A stretch of DNA of 64,000 nt from positions 3,455 to 67,454 of the forward strand of contig JAFUJH010000050.1 in assembly GCA_017473775.1 (NCBI GenBank), given 5' to 3'. Shown piece after piece: positions 17,795 through 26,018 of this stretch. The notes under the pieces were generated by a model that did not search any database, was not told the DNA's origin, and worked only from the letters and a program-made list of their open reading frames with translations. The translations under genes and the position numbers were made by a program. Origin of the DNA: Ruminococcus sp. Lineage in GTDB: Bacteria; Bacillota; Clostridia; Oscillospirales; Acutalibacteraceae. Within the stretch, counting starts at the first letter, position 1, and each line of letters starts with the position of its first letter.

Positions 17795-18622
17795 ATGGAG
17801 AATACAGGAATTTTATATGTGGTAGGCACACCTATAGGTAATCTGTCGGACTTGAGTCCCAGAGCCGCACAGGTACTGGAGAGTGTGGACTTTATTGCCG
17901 CAGAGGATACCAGAGTTACAGTGAAGCTTCTGAATCACTTAGGAATAAAGAAGCCTATGATAAGCTACTTTGAGCATAACAAGCAGTTCAAGGGTGAGGT
18001 TATCTGCAAGCGAATACTTGCAGGAGAGAACTGTGCTGTGGTGACAGACGCAGGTATGCCCTGTATCTCTGACCCGGGTGAGGAGCTTATAAAGCAATGT
18101 GAAGGTTTTGGCATAAAGACCGAGGTTGTCCCCGGACCATCAGCGGTGATATCCGCTCTGTGTGTGTCGGGACTCTCCACCGGCAGGTTTACTTTTGAGG
18201 GATTTCTGTCCGTTAATAAAAAGAGCAGACGGGAGCACCTGGAGTCTCTTATGGGTGAGAAGCGTACTATGATTTTTTACGAAGCACCCCACAAGCTCAG
18301 CAACACTCTGAGGGATTTTTACGAAACCTTCGGAGACAGGAAGCTGACTATAGCAAGGGAGCTGACAAAGCTTCACGAGGAGATTATCCGTACCACCACA
18401 AAGGAGGCGTTGGAGCGTTATGGCGACGGTTCACTCAAGGGTGAGATGGTGCTTGTCCTTGAGGGTGACACTGCTGTAAAGAAGGATGAGTACACCCTTG
18501 AGGAAGCGGTGGAGATTGCAAGGAATCTCATTAATGAGGGCGAAAAGCCCACAGAGGCAGCAAAGAAAGCGGCATCTGTGACAGGTATGAAGAAAAACGA
18601 TATCTACAGGGAACTGATTTAA
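17795..18622 (+). CDS. rsmI: 16S rRNA (cytidine1402-2'-O)-methyltransferase
   Basis: LYVVGTPIGNLSD, a tetrapyrrole-methylase-fold N-terminus typical of RsmI. Confidence 0.9.
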   Translation: MENTGILYVVGTPIGNLSDLSPRAAQVLESVDFIAAEDTRVTVKLLNHLGIKKPMISYFEHNKQFKGEVICKRILAGENCAVVTDAGMPCISDPGEELIKQCEGFGIKTEVVPGPSAVISALCVSGLSTGRFTFEGFLSVNKKSRREHLESLMGEKRTMIFYEAPHKLSNTLRDFYETFGDRKLTIARELTKLHEEIIRTTTKEALERYGDGSLKGEMVLVLEGDTAVKKDEYTLEEAVEIARNLINEGEKPTEAAKKAASVTGMKKNDIYRELI

Positions 18623-19939
18623 ATGGATTATAAAGAGGCTCTGAGTAAAATTGAGGTATTAAGAGAATACGGCTCTCAGCCGGGACTTGAGCGTGTAAAG
18701 ATGCTCCTTGAGTGTATGGGCAATCCGCAAGACAAGCTCAGGTTTGTACACATAACTGGCACTAACGGCAAAGGCTCTGTGTGTGCTGTGGTGTCCTCGG
18801 TGCTGAATTGCTCAGGCTATACAACAGGACTTTTTACATCGCCCTTTATAGTTGACCTGCGCGAGCAGATTCAGGTGGATAATACTATGATTTCTGAAGA
18901 TGAGTTTGCACAGGTTGCGGACTTTGTTTTCTTATTCGTTGATAAGCTTATGGAAAAAGGCGTTATCATCACAGAGTTTGAGTTTACTATGGCGGTTGCC
19001 TTTGAATATTTCCTGAGAAAGCATTGTGATGTAGTTGTCCTTGAGGTAGGAATGGGCGGACTCCTTGACAGTACCAATGTGATAAAGAGTCCTCTGTGTG
19101 CAGTGCTCACACCTGTAAGCCTTGACCACACAGGGATGCTTGGCAGTACACTCACAGAGATTGCACAGCATAAGTGCGGTATTATCAAGGAGGGTACACA
19201 GGTTGTATCAGCTATACAGACTGCTCAGGTGCAAAGGGTGCTTGAGGAAGTATGTACTGATATAAATGTGCCCTATGTGTACGCAGATGCTGAGAGTGTA
19301 CAGGTGCTGAGTCAGGAGCTTTCAGGTACAATGGTTTTGTATAAGGGCGAGGAGTTTACTCTGCCGTTAATGGGGTTACATCAGGTGCAAAATCTGAGTA
19401 TTTCCCTTTGTGTACTTGAGGCATTGAGGAAAAAAAGTTTTGATAATATTACCGCAGACAGTATGCGAGAGGGTATAAAAAGTGCAAAGAATCCTGCTCG
19501 GTTTGAGGTGGTGGGGGAGCACCCCACGGTGATAATTGACGGAGCACATAACCCTGAGGGTATGAGGACTTTCGCAGACACACTCCACAACTTGTTCCTT
19601 GATAAAAAGGGTGTGATTGTGATGGGTATGCTCAGGGATAAGGATATCTGCACTTCCCTTGAATTTATCAACGGAATGTTTGAAAGCGTGTATACTGTGA
19701 ATATCAATAACCCCAGAGCGATGGATGCCCGTAAGCTTGCTGAAATATGCAGTGCATATTTTGATTATGCAGAGGCTTGTGAGGATGCTGAGTGTGCATT
19801 CCTGCAGGCTTATGATAAAGCAAAGGCTCAGGACACATACCTGTGTGTTTGCGGGTCGCTGTATCTTGCATCGCAAATCCGACCTTATATATTAAAAACA
19901 ATACAATCCCGAGGGGAAGATAGAATTTCCGACAACTGA
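18623..19939 (+). CDS. folC: Folylpolyglutamate synthase / dihydrofolate synthase
   Basis: Mur-ligase P-loop HITGTNGKGS and a DGAHNPEG motif. Confidence 0.85.
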   Translation: MDYKEALSKIEVLREYGSQPGLERVKMLLECMGNPQDKLRFVHITGTNGKGSVCAVVSSVLNCSGYTTGLFTSPFIVDLREQIQVDNTMISEDEFAQVADFVFLFVDKLMEKGVIITEFEFTMAVAFEYFLRKHCDVVVLEVGMGGLLDSTNVIKSPLCAVLTPVSLDHTGMLGSTLTEIAQHKCGIIKEGTQVVSAIQTAQVQRVLEEVCTDINVPYVYADAESVQVLSQELSGTMVLYKGEEFTLPLMGLHQVQNLSISLCVLEALRKKSFDNITADSMREGIKSAKNPARFEVVGEHPTVIIDGAHNPEGMRTFADTLHNLFLDKKGVIVMGMLRDKDICTSLEFINGMFESVYTVNINNPRAMDARKLAEICSAYFDYAEACEDAECAFLQAYDKAKAQDTYLCVCGSLYLASQIRPYILKTIQSRGEDRISDN

Positions 19940-19956
19940 ATAATACAGGAATTTTT

Positions 19957-19993
19957 GCCAACACTTATTACAATATAGGTGTTGGCTTTTTTT
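19957..19993 (+). terminator. Terminator after folC
   Basis: GCCAACAC ... GTGTTGGC followed by TTTTTTT. Confidence 0.7.
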
Positions 19994-19997
19994 GTTA

Positions 19998-20113
19998 GCC
20001 CTCTTCTTGGAGGAGGGTGGCACAGCGAAAGCTGTGACGGGAGGAGTGAAAAGAAGTTTTGACTCCCTCAGTCTTTGCCTACGGCAAATCCAGCTCCCTC
20101 GGGGAGGGAGCCT
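19998..20113 (+). repeat. Type A modular hairpin repeat
   Basis: ggaggagggtggCACAGCgaaaGCTGTGacgggaggag ... ctccctcagtcTTTGCCtacGGCAAAtccagctccctcggggagggagcc. It ends 16 nt before the spoIIAA start. Confidence 0.85.
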
Positions 20114-20129
20114 GTCAGGATGTGAAAAT

Positions 20130-20432
20130 ATGGTTGAAATTGAAAATAACGAGAATGTTATGACAGCCGTTCTTTCAGGTGATATTGACCATCACCGATG
20201 TGCTGTTATCAGAAAGAAGATTGATGCCCGTGCTGATAGTGAACGGCCTAAGGTACTGGTGCTTGATTTCTCCCGTGTGCAGTTTATGGACTCATCAGGA
20301 GTAGGACTTGTTATGGGCAGATACAGGCAGATGTCCCTGTTGGGAGGTCGGCTTAAAGTTATAAATGTGCCTGAGAATATAGACAAGGTGTTCCGCCTTT
20401 CAGGGCTTGAGAGATTGGGGGTAATGGAATGA
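20130..20432 (+). CDS. spoIIAA: Anti-sigma-F factor antagonist
   Basis: STAS domain with the phosphorylatable DSSG motif (MDSSGVGLV). The ORF-track extension to 19992 is repeat sequence. Confidence 0.85.
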   Translation: MVEIENNENVMTAVLSGDIDHHRCAVIRKKIDARADSERPKVLVLDFSRVQFMDSSGVGLVMGRYRQMSLLGGRLKVINVPENIDKVFRLSGLERLGVME

Positions 20433-20875
20433 ATGTTGTAAATGAGATGAATTTAAGCTTCAGTGCAAAGAGCATCAACGAGAGCTTTGCACGGTCGGCG
20501 GTGTCTGCCTTTGTGCTGAGCCTTGACCCGACGATTGCAGAGCTTTCTGATATAAAGACCGCTGTGTCCGAGGCGGTGACTAATTGCATTGTTCACGCCT
20601 ACGGATATCAGGGAGGTATTATCTACATAAATGCAAAAATCACAGACACCAACAAGGTTATCATAAAAATCCGCGACAAGGGCTGTGGTATTGAGAATGT
20701 GAGACAAGCTATGGAGCCTCTTTATACCACAGGAGGAGAGGAGCGGGCAGGACTGGGCTTTGCTGTGATGCAGAGCTTTATGGACAAGGTAAGCGTCCGC
20801 TCAACACCCTCAAAGGGGACAACTGTTACAATGGAAAAAGCTATTATCCGATGTGTGAAGAATGAAAGACCGTAA
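20429..20875 (+). CDS. spoIIAB: Anti-sigma-F factor (serine kinase)
   Basis: HATPase_c motifs (EAVTNCIVHAY, DKGCGI, GLGF). ATGA-type overlap with spoIIAA. Confidence 0.9.
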   Translation: MNVVNEMNLSFSAKSINESFARSAVSAFVLSLDPTIAELSDIKTAVSEAVTNCIVHAYGYQGGIIYINAKITDTNKVIIKIRDKGCGIENVRQAMEPLYTTGGEERAGLGFAVMQSFMDKVSVRSTPSKGTTVTMEKAIIRCVKNERP

Positions 20876-21518
20876 CAGCCTTATCAGCGAAAACACAGGG
20901 CTTGTTCATGCCTGTGCACGGAAGTTTATGGGCAGGGGTGCAGAGTACGATGACCTTTACTCCTGCGGATGCGTGGGGCTTATTAAGGCGGCGGACAACT
21001 TTGATGAGAGTCTGGGGTACAGGTTTTCTACCTATGCTGTGCCGGTAATCTTGGGCGAAATCAAGCGGTACTTCCGTGACGGAGGCAGCCTTAAAATGAG
21101 CCGCAGCCTGAAGGAATTGAGTCTGAAAATCACAAGATTCTGCGAAAAATACGAAAGGGAACAGGGCAGAGCTCCCACAGTGAAGGAGATAGCACTCTCC
21201 CTTGGAATATCCGATGAGGACGCGGCAGAAGCCTTGGAAGCTTCCCGTCTGCCTTTGTCTTTGTCTTATGAAACAGAGGAGGAGTCCCGTCAGATTGATG
21301 TAGCGCAGGAGTCTCAGGAGGAGGCTATCACAGAGAAAATGACCCTGCATACCCTGCTTGCAGGCTTGCCCCAAAGGGACAGAGAGCTGATAAATCTGCG
21401 GTACTTCAAGGGTAAGACTCAGGTGTTGACCGCAAAAGAGCTTGGTATGACTCAGGTGCAGGTAAGCAGACGGGAGAAGAAAATTTTACTCAGCCTCAGA
21501 GAAAAGATGACAGTTTAA
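20862..21518 (+). CDS. sigF: Sporulation sigma factor F
   Basis: Sigma-70 regions 2-4. Third gene of the spoIIA operon. Confidence 0.9.
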   Translation: MKDRNSLISENTGLVHACARKFMGRGAEYDDLYSCGCVGLIKAADNFDESLGYRFSTYAVPVILGEIKRYFRDGGSLKMSRSLKELSLKITRFCEKYEREQGRAPTVKEIALSLGISDEDAAEALEASRLPLSLSYETEEESRQIDVAQESQEEAITEKMTLHTLLAGLPQRDRELINLRYFKGKTQVLTAKELGMTQVQVSRREKKILLSLREKMTV

Positions 21519-21600
21519 GACTCCCTCAGGGAGGGAACCTATTCTCTCTGTCACAGAGGGAATAGGGAGCCATGCGGACGACCGATGGTCGTCCCTACGC
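21519..21600 (+). repeat. Type A fragment followed by a type B REP-like hairpin (CTAC form)
   Basis: gactccctcagggagggaacc...gggaatagggagcc, then gcGGACGACCgaTGGTCGTCCCTACgc (21574-21600). Confidence 0.8.
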
Positions 21601-21616
21601 GGTTACACAAGGGAGC

Positions 21617-21659
21617 AAAAAAGCCTGTGTACTTAATGAAAGTACACAGGCTTTGTGTT
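21617..21659. terminator. Bidirectional terminator between sigF and the convergent XRE gene
   Basis: An A-run, then GCCTGTGTAC ttaatgaaa GTACACAGGC, then a T-rich tail. Confidence 0.75.
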
Positions 21660-21676
21660 ATGTATTTATTATTCGT

Positions 21677-22498
21677 TTATTCGTTTTCTTCTGCTTCTTC
21701 TGACGCTACTGTTACATCTTCGTCGCCCTTGACTGCTTTATTGATTGCGGAGCAGACCATATAGTAAACAGGTATCAACAGAAATACTATCCATGTGGGA
21801 TGCCAGATGTGGTAGAAAAGTCCCACTGCACAGAAGAAAAGTACCGCAAGCACAGGGAATGCAAAACGCTGTGCATCCCTGTAACGGATTGCATCTATGA
21901 GTGAATAGTACAGGGGAATTGTCAGAAAGCTCATCCACGCAGTGCTCCATCCTCCTGCCTGTCCGCTGAAGCCCCACAGCAGAAAACCTGCTGTGATGAT
22001 AACAGGGAAGGGGATATACAGCAGACCGATTATCCAGGGAGTGGTGTCGCTGTGGTAGCTGGTGTTACGGTTAGGGTCATCCACATGGATTTTGCCGCCA
22101 CCGATGTGAACATGGGTGCCGTCATTGGAATCAACATGGATTCCGTCCTTGAAGCTTATATCCACCTTGTCTCCGTTTTCTGCATTGACATGTATACCGT
22201 CACGGAAGCTGACGGAGTCCTTGCCCTTTGACTCAGGCTCGGACTTTGCAGACTCGGGTTCTGAGTCAGGTATAGAAGCTTCCCTTTCCTTATCCGGATT
22301 TACATTGAGAAGCTCGTCAAGAGATACTCCGTAGACCCGTGCAAGGGTGATGAGATTATCTGTATCGGGAGAAGCCTCGGCACGCTCCCACTTGGAAACT
22401 GCCTGTCGGCTGACTCCGATTTTCTCTGCTAATTCCTCCTGAGAAAGACCGCTGTTCTTTCTGTACTGAAGAAGTCGATTTGCTGTTTCGATGTTCAT
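21677..22498 (-). CDS. XRE-family HTH protein with a C-terminal multi-TM domain
   Basis: N-terminal HTH_3 (LSQEELAEKIGVSRQAVSKWE), DGIHV repeats, then about 4 TM helices. Confidence 0.75.
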   Translation of the reverse strand: MNIETANRLLQYRKNSGLSQEELAEKIGVSRQAVSKWERAEASPDTDNLITLARVYGVSLDELLNVNPDKEREASIPDSEPESAKSEPESKGKDSVSFRDGIHVNAENGDKVDISFKDGIHVDSNDGTHVHIGGGKIHVDDPNRNTSYHSDTTPWIIGLLYIPFPVIITAGFLLWGFSGQAGGWSTAWMSFLTIPLYYSLIDAIRYRDAQRFAFPVLAVLFFCAVGLFYHIWHPTWIVFLLIPVYYMVCSAINKAVKGDEDVTVASEEAEENE

Positions 22499-22618
22499 AT
22501 TTACCTCCGAAAACCAATTGTTTGTGGTTGTTTTACTGTGGTTACATTATATCCGCAACCGCTGAAAAATACCATACATTCTGGTTTTCATACGCGCAAC
22601 CATTGGTTGCGAAGTCTC

Positions 22619-22644
22619 CAAAAATCCCATAGATATGGGATTTA
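22619..22644 (-). terminator. Terminator after the phosphohexomutase gene
   Basis: AAATCCCATA/TATGGGATTT palindrome with a T-run on the minus strand. Confidence 0.6.
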
Positions 22645-24147
22645 TCAGATGTCGAGACCTTCTGTTGTCTGCCAGAAATTATTTAGGTGAGAGAGGATAA
22701 CCTCTACGCCGCCTTCGCTGTTGCTCTCGATATTCAGGGGCATAATGGGGTCGTGAACAGACAGACGAAGCAGGAACCAGCCGTCGCCATTGTCTGCATC
22801 AAAGGATACGCGGATACCCTCACGGTTATCGGGTGCGATGTGCCAGCCTGCGTTATTCTCTGCAAAGGAGAGTAACTGAGCGATAACTCTCTCGCCGCAG
22901 GCACGGAAGTCCTCCTCTAAAATCCTGATGCGGATTTCCTTTTCTTCTTTAGCCTCCTTGAGAGTGCTGATAAGGTCAGAGATGTCCTTGCCCTCTTTTC
23001 TCAGCTGTGCAGCCTTGATAATGATTTTTGTGCACAGATATGCACCGTCATCAAGGAAGTAGTTCTCCTGCATTGCGGCGTGACCTGATGTCTCGATAGC
23101 AAGGGGGCAGGGGATGCCTTCTTTATTCAGCTCTACTGCCTTGTCGATAACATTCTTGTAGCCTCTGCGATAGCGGTAGTGCTTGCCGCCTAAAGTCTCC
23201 TCGATAAACTCACGGAGTCCGTCGGAGGTGATGGAGTCCGTGACGATAGTACCGCCTGCACAGTTTTCCAGTGCAATTGCTGATGCAAGTGCTACCAGAC
23301 GGTTTCTGTTGATTTCGCCTCCGTTGCTATCAACCACTGCACCGCGGTCAACATCAGTGTCAAAAATAACGCCTAAATCAGCCTGTGCGGTGGTAACAGC
23401 CTCAGAGATAGCCTTCATAGCTACAGGGGACTCAGGGTTGGGCACATGGTTGGGGAACATTCCGTCAGGGTCAAGGTAGCGGCTGCCTGTGGTGTCTGCA
23501 CCAAGGACTGAGAGCACCTTGTCGGCATAGAAGCCGCCTACGCCGTTGCCTGCGTCAACGCAGATTCTGAAGCCCTCAAGGGGTTTATCGTAATTCTCAG
23601 CATTAACACCCTTTTTGATGATATCGCAAAGGTGCTCTGCGTACTGAGTCATATAGTCAACTTCCTCGATAACTCCGCCTGCGGTTTCCTCGGGGAAGTT
23701 TTCATCACTTGCATTTGTAAGGATTGCAGTGATATCAGAGCCCTCAAGTCCACCCTGACGGGTAAAGAACTTGAGTCCGTTACGGTTAAAGGGGTGGTGG
23801 CTTGCAGTAATCTGCACAGCACCGTCACAGCCTAAATCAACTGTAGTCATAAACATAGAGGGAGTGGATGCAAGGTTGCAGTAGATAACCTTTACGCCAA
23901 AGCTTTTAAGAGTCTCTGTTACAACAGATGCAATTCTCTCGCCTGAAATTCTGCTGTCACGGCCTACAGATACAGTAAGACAAGTGGCATCCTTGCCTGT
24001 CTTGTCCATAAGCCAACGGCAGAAGCCGCCTGCCATATTCCTTACTGCCTCGTTGGTCATATTGAGGGGCTCACCCTCTACGCCTTCGCTTGCAATACCG
24101 CGGATATCGGTACCGCTTTTAAACTGTTTATAAAAATCGTTGAGCAT
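22645..24147 (-). CDS. Phosphoglucomutase/phosphomannomutase-family phosphohexomutase
   Basis: Active-site loop TASHHP, metal loop DTDVDRG, 500 aa. Confidence 0.85.
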   Translation of the reverse strand: MLNDFYKQFKSGTDIRGIASEGVEGEPLNMTNEAVRNMAGGFCRWLMDKTGKDATCLTVSVGRDSRISGERIASVVTETLKSFGVKVIYCNLASTPSMFMTTVDLGCDGAVQITASHHPFNRNGLKFFTRQGGLEGSDITAILTNASDENFPEETAGGVIEEVDYMTQYAEHLCDIIKKGVNAENYDKPLEGFRICVDAGNGVGGFYADKVLSVLGADTTGSRYLDPDGMFPNHVPNPESPVAMKAISEAVTTAQADLGVIFDTDVDRGAVVDSNGGEINRNRLVALASAIALENCAGGTIVTDSITSDGLREFIEETLGGKHYRYRRGYKNVIDKAVELNKEGIPCPLAIETSGHAAMQENYFLDDGAYLCTKIIIKAAQLRKEGKDISDLISTLKEAKEEKEIRIRILEEDFRACGERVIAQLLSFAENNAGWHIAPDNREGIRVSFDADNGDGWFLLRLSVHDPIMPLNIESNSEGGVEVILSHLNNFWQTTEGLDI

Positions 24148-24441
24148 AATTAATCCTCCGTTTTATATAGTACAAGCCTATTATACATTAAATATATCCC
24201 CTGTACAACCTCATTTTTGCGGTGTTTTTTATTAAAAACGGGTCAAATCCTCACTTTTGGAGATTTTATTAAATTCAGAGGCTAGTAGTTAGAAAATTCG
24301 GTATAAAGTGACCATAGCAAAGAATGAGCAGAAATTTAACACGCTAAATCTGATATACAATATGCACAAAAACAATTAACGGAAATAGTTGAAAATTATA
24401 AACGAAAAGGCATATTGCACAACTAAATTAACATTTTATTG

Positions 24442-24469
24442 TTGACAATCACGAAAAAATGAATATAAT
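24442..24469 (+). promoter_or_regulatory. Sigma-A promoter upstream of the 24601 gene
   Basis: TTGACA, 16-nt spacer, TATAAT. This would give a leader of about 125 nt. Confidence 0.55.
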
Positions 24470-24600
24470 GAAGTTGTCAGGTTAAAAGTCCACCTGATTA
24501 CTGACCATACACAATCTCAAAATCGGTCGGTATTTTTAGGAACATGCCAAATGGTAAATGGCAGCACGAAAAATTTATACTTATAAAAGGAGGAAACAGT

Positions 24601-24864
24601 ATGACTACAGTCATCAGTTTGCACAACATCGATGTTGATAAGTTCCTCACCGTGCTTGACACTTGCAAGGGCAATGTATATCTTGTAACCCGTGAGGGAG
24701 ATCACCTCAACCTTAAAAGCAAGCTTTGTCAGCTCATCGGCTTAACACAGCTGATTGAGGGCGGTAAGATCACCGAGGCTTACATTCTCTGTGACAATGT
24801 AGAGGACGAGAGTAAGCTGTTCAGATTCGGTCTGTATGGTGAGATTCAGTCAAAGACTGCATAA
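24601..24864 (+). CDS. Hypothetical 87-aa protein
   Basis: ATG behind AAAGGAGG, followed by a strong terminator. No family recognised. Confidence 0.5.
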   Translation: MTTVISLHNIDVDKFLTVLDTCKGNVYLVTREGDHLNLKSKLCQLIGLTQLIEGGKITEAYILCDNVEDESKLFRFGLYGEIQSKTA

Positions 24865-24920
24865 GCAACTTATCAAACAACGATAAATTCGTTTCACATT
24901 GATTTCAAAAACCTAAAAGC

Positions 24921-24961
24921 AAAAGCACCGCTTGGTATACAAGCGGTGTTTTTGTTTTTTT
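24921..24961 (+). terminator. Rho-independent terminator
   Basis: CACCGCTTG gtata CAAGCGGTG followed by TTTTTGTTTTTTT. Confidence 0.85.
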
Positions 24962-24983
24962 GAAAGTGCGCTCTCACCGTAGC

Positions 24984-25081
24984 CTTAAAAAATCGAGGAC
25001 GACTCCGAATTTGCCGGATAGCGAGTAAATGCTGTGCATTTGCTTGCAGGCAAATTTGGAGAGGACGACGACTTTTTTAAG
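24984..25081. repeat. Imperfect palindrome of about 98 bp (long hairpin element)
   Basis: The arms pair as cttaaaaaatcgaggacgactccgaatttgcc... with ...ggcaaatttggagaggacgacgacttttttaag. The central hairpin is AAATGC tgt GCATTT. Confidence 0.7.
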
Positions 25082-25122
25082 AGGAGCGAAGGTGAAAAAG
25101 CGCATGACAGGGAAGTGCCGTA

Positions 25123-25275
25123 GTAGGGATGGGCAATGCCCGTCCGTTGTGCTCAAGACAGTACAGGGCGAACTAAGGTTGTCCCTACATTTTTATTGCA
25201 ATGAGTAAGGGTTTGATGTATAATTAAATTCAATGCTGAGGAGAGTTTCGGACGAGCAATGCTCGTCCCTACGCG
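25123..25275. repeat. Cluster of three type B REP-like hairpins (one GTAG form, two CTAC form)
   Basis: GTAGGGATGGGCAatgCCCGTCCg (25123-25146), a degenerate copy at 25162-25189, and cGGACGAGCAatgCTCGTCCCTACgcg (25249-25275). Confidence 0.8.
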
Positions 25276-25360
25276 CACCTCGGCACTTCTATGTGTCAGT
25301 TCGCAAAATCCTGACAGAGATTAGAAATAATCTTAAATCAAAACTACGGAGGAATTCATA

Positions 25361-25888
25361 ATGAACAAATCAAGAAAGTCCGCCACACTGTATATGGTGC
25401 AGGCGGCAATCATTGCGGCATTGTATGTTGCTGTCAATTACGCTCAGGAGATGATACTGCCTACATCCTCAATCGGTCCTGTGCAGTTTCGTGTAAGCGA
25501 GGTGCTGTGCACACTGGCGGTTTTTACGCCTGCTGCAATCCCGGGGCTTACTGTGGGATGTCTGCTGTCAAACATTGTGTCTGTGGGGGTGCTGCCCCTG
25601 GATATGGTGCTGGGTACAATGGCTACACTTCTGGCGGCGGTGTGTGCGTTTTATCTCAGAAACATCAAAGTCTTTACTGTGCCTGTTTTATCCCTGCTTA
25701 TGCCTGTATTGTTCAACGCAGTGATAATCGGTCTGGAGCTGGAAATCTTCTATATAGAGGGTGGCTTTACATTTGCAGGCTTTTTACTTCAGGGAGCGTT
25801 TGTTGCACTGGGTGAGTTTGGTGTATGTATCGTGTTGGGTGTGCCCTTTTACCTGATGCTGAGAAAACTGCCAATGTTCAAGGGCTGA
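25361..25888 (+). CDS. queT: QueT-type queuosine-precursor transporter (ECF S-component-like)
   Basis: 175 aa, 5-6 TM helices. The N-terminus (YMVQAAIIAALYVAVNY) and overall pattern resemble COG4708/QueT. Confidence 0.65.
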   Translation: MNKSRKSATLYMVQAAIIAALYVAVNYAQEMILPTSSIGPVQFRVSEVLCTLAVFTPAAIPGLTVGCLLSNIVSVGVLPLDMVLGTMATLLAAVCAFYLRNIKVFTVPVLSLLMPVLFNAVIIGLELEIFYIEGGFTFAGFLLQGAFVALGEFGVCIVLGVPFYLMLRKLPMFKG

Positions 25889-26018
25889 TAATATAATTAC
25901 TGATTTTGCACAAGGAGCACTATATGTACTGTTTTGTATATGTAGTGCTTTTTATTTACCAATATTTCTTGAAATAATCAGCAGGCTTGTTATAATAAAA
26001 ATAAGGAGGTTATAGAAT

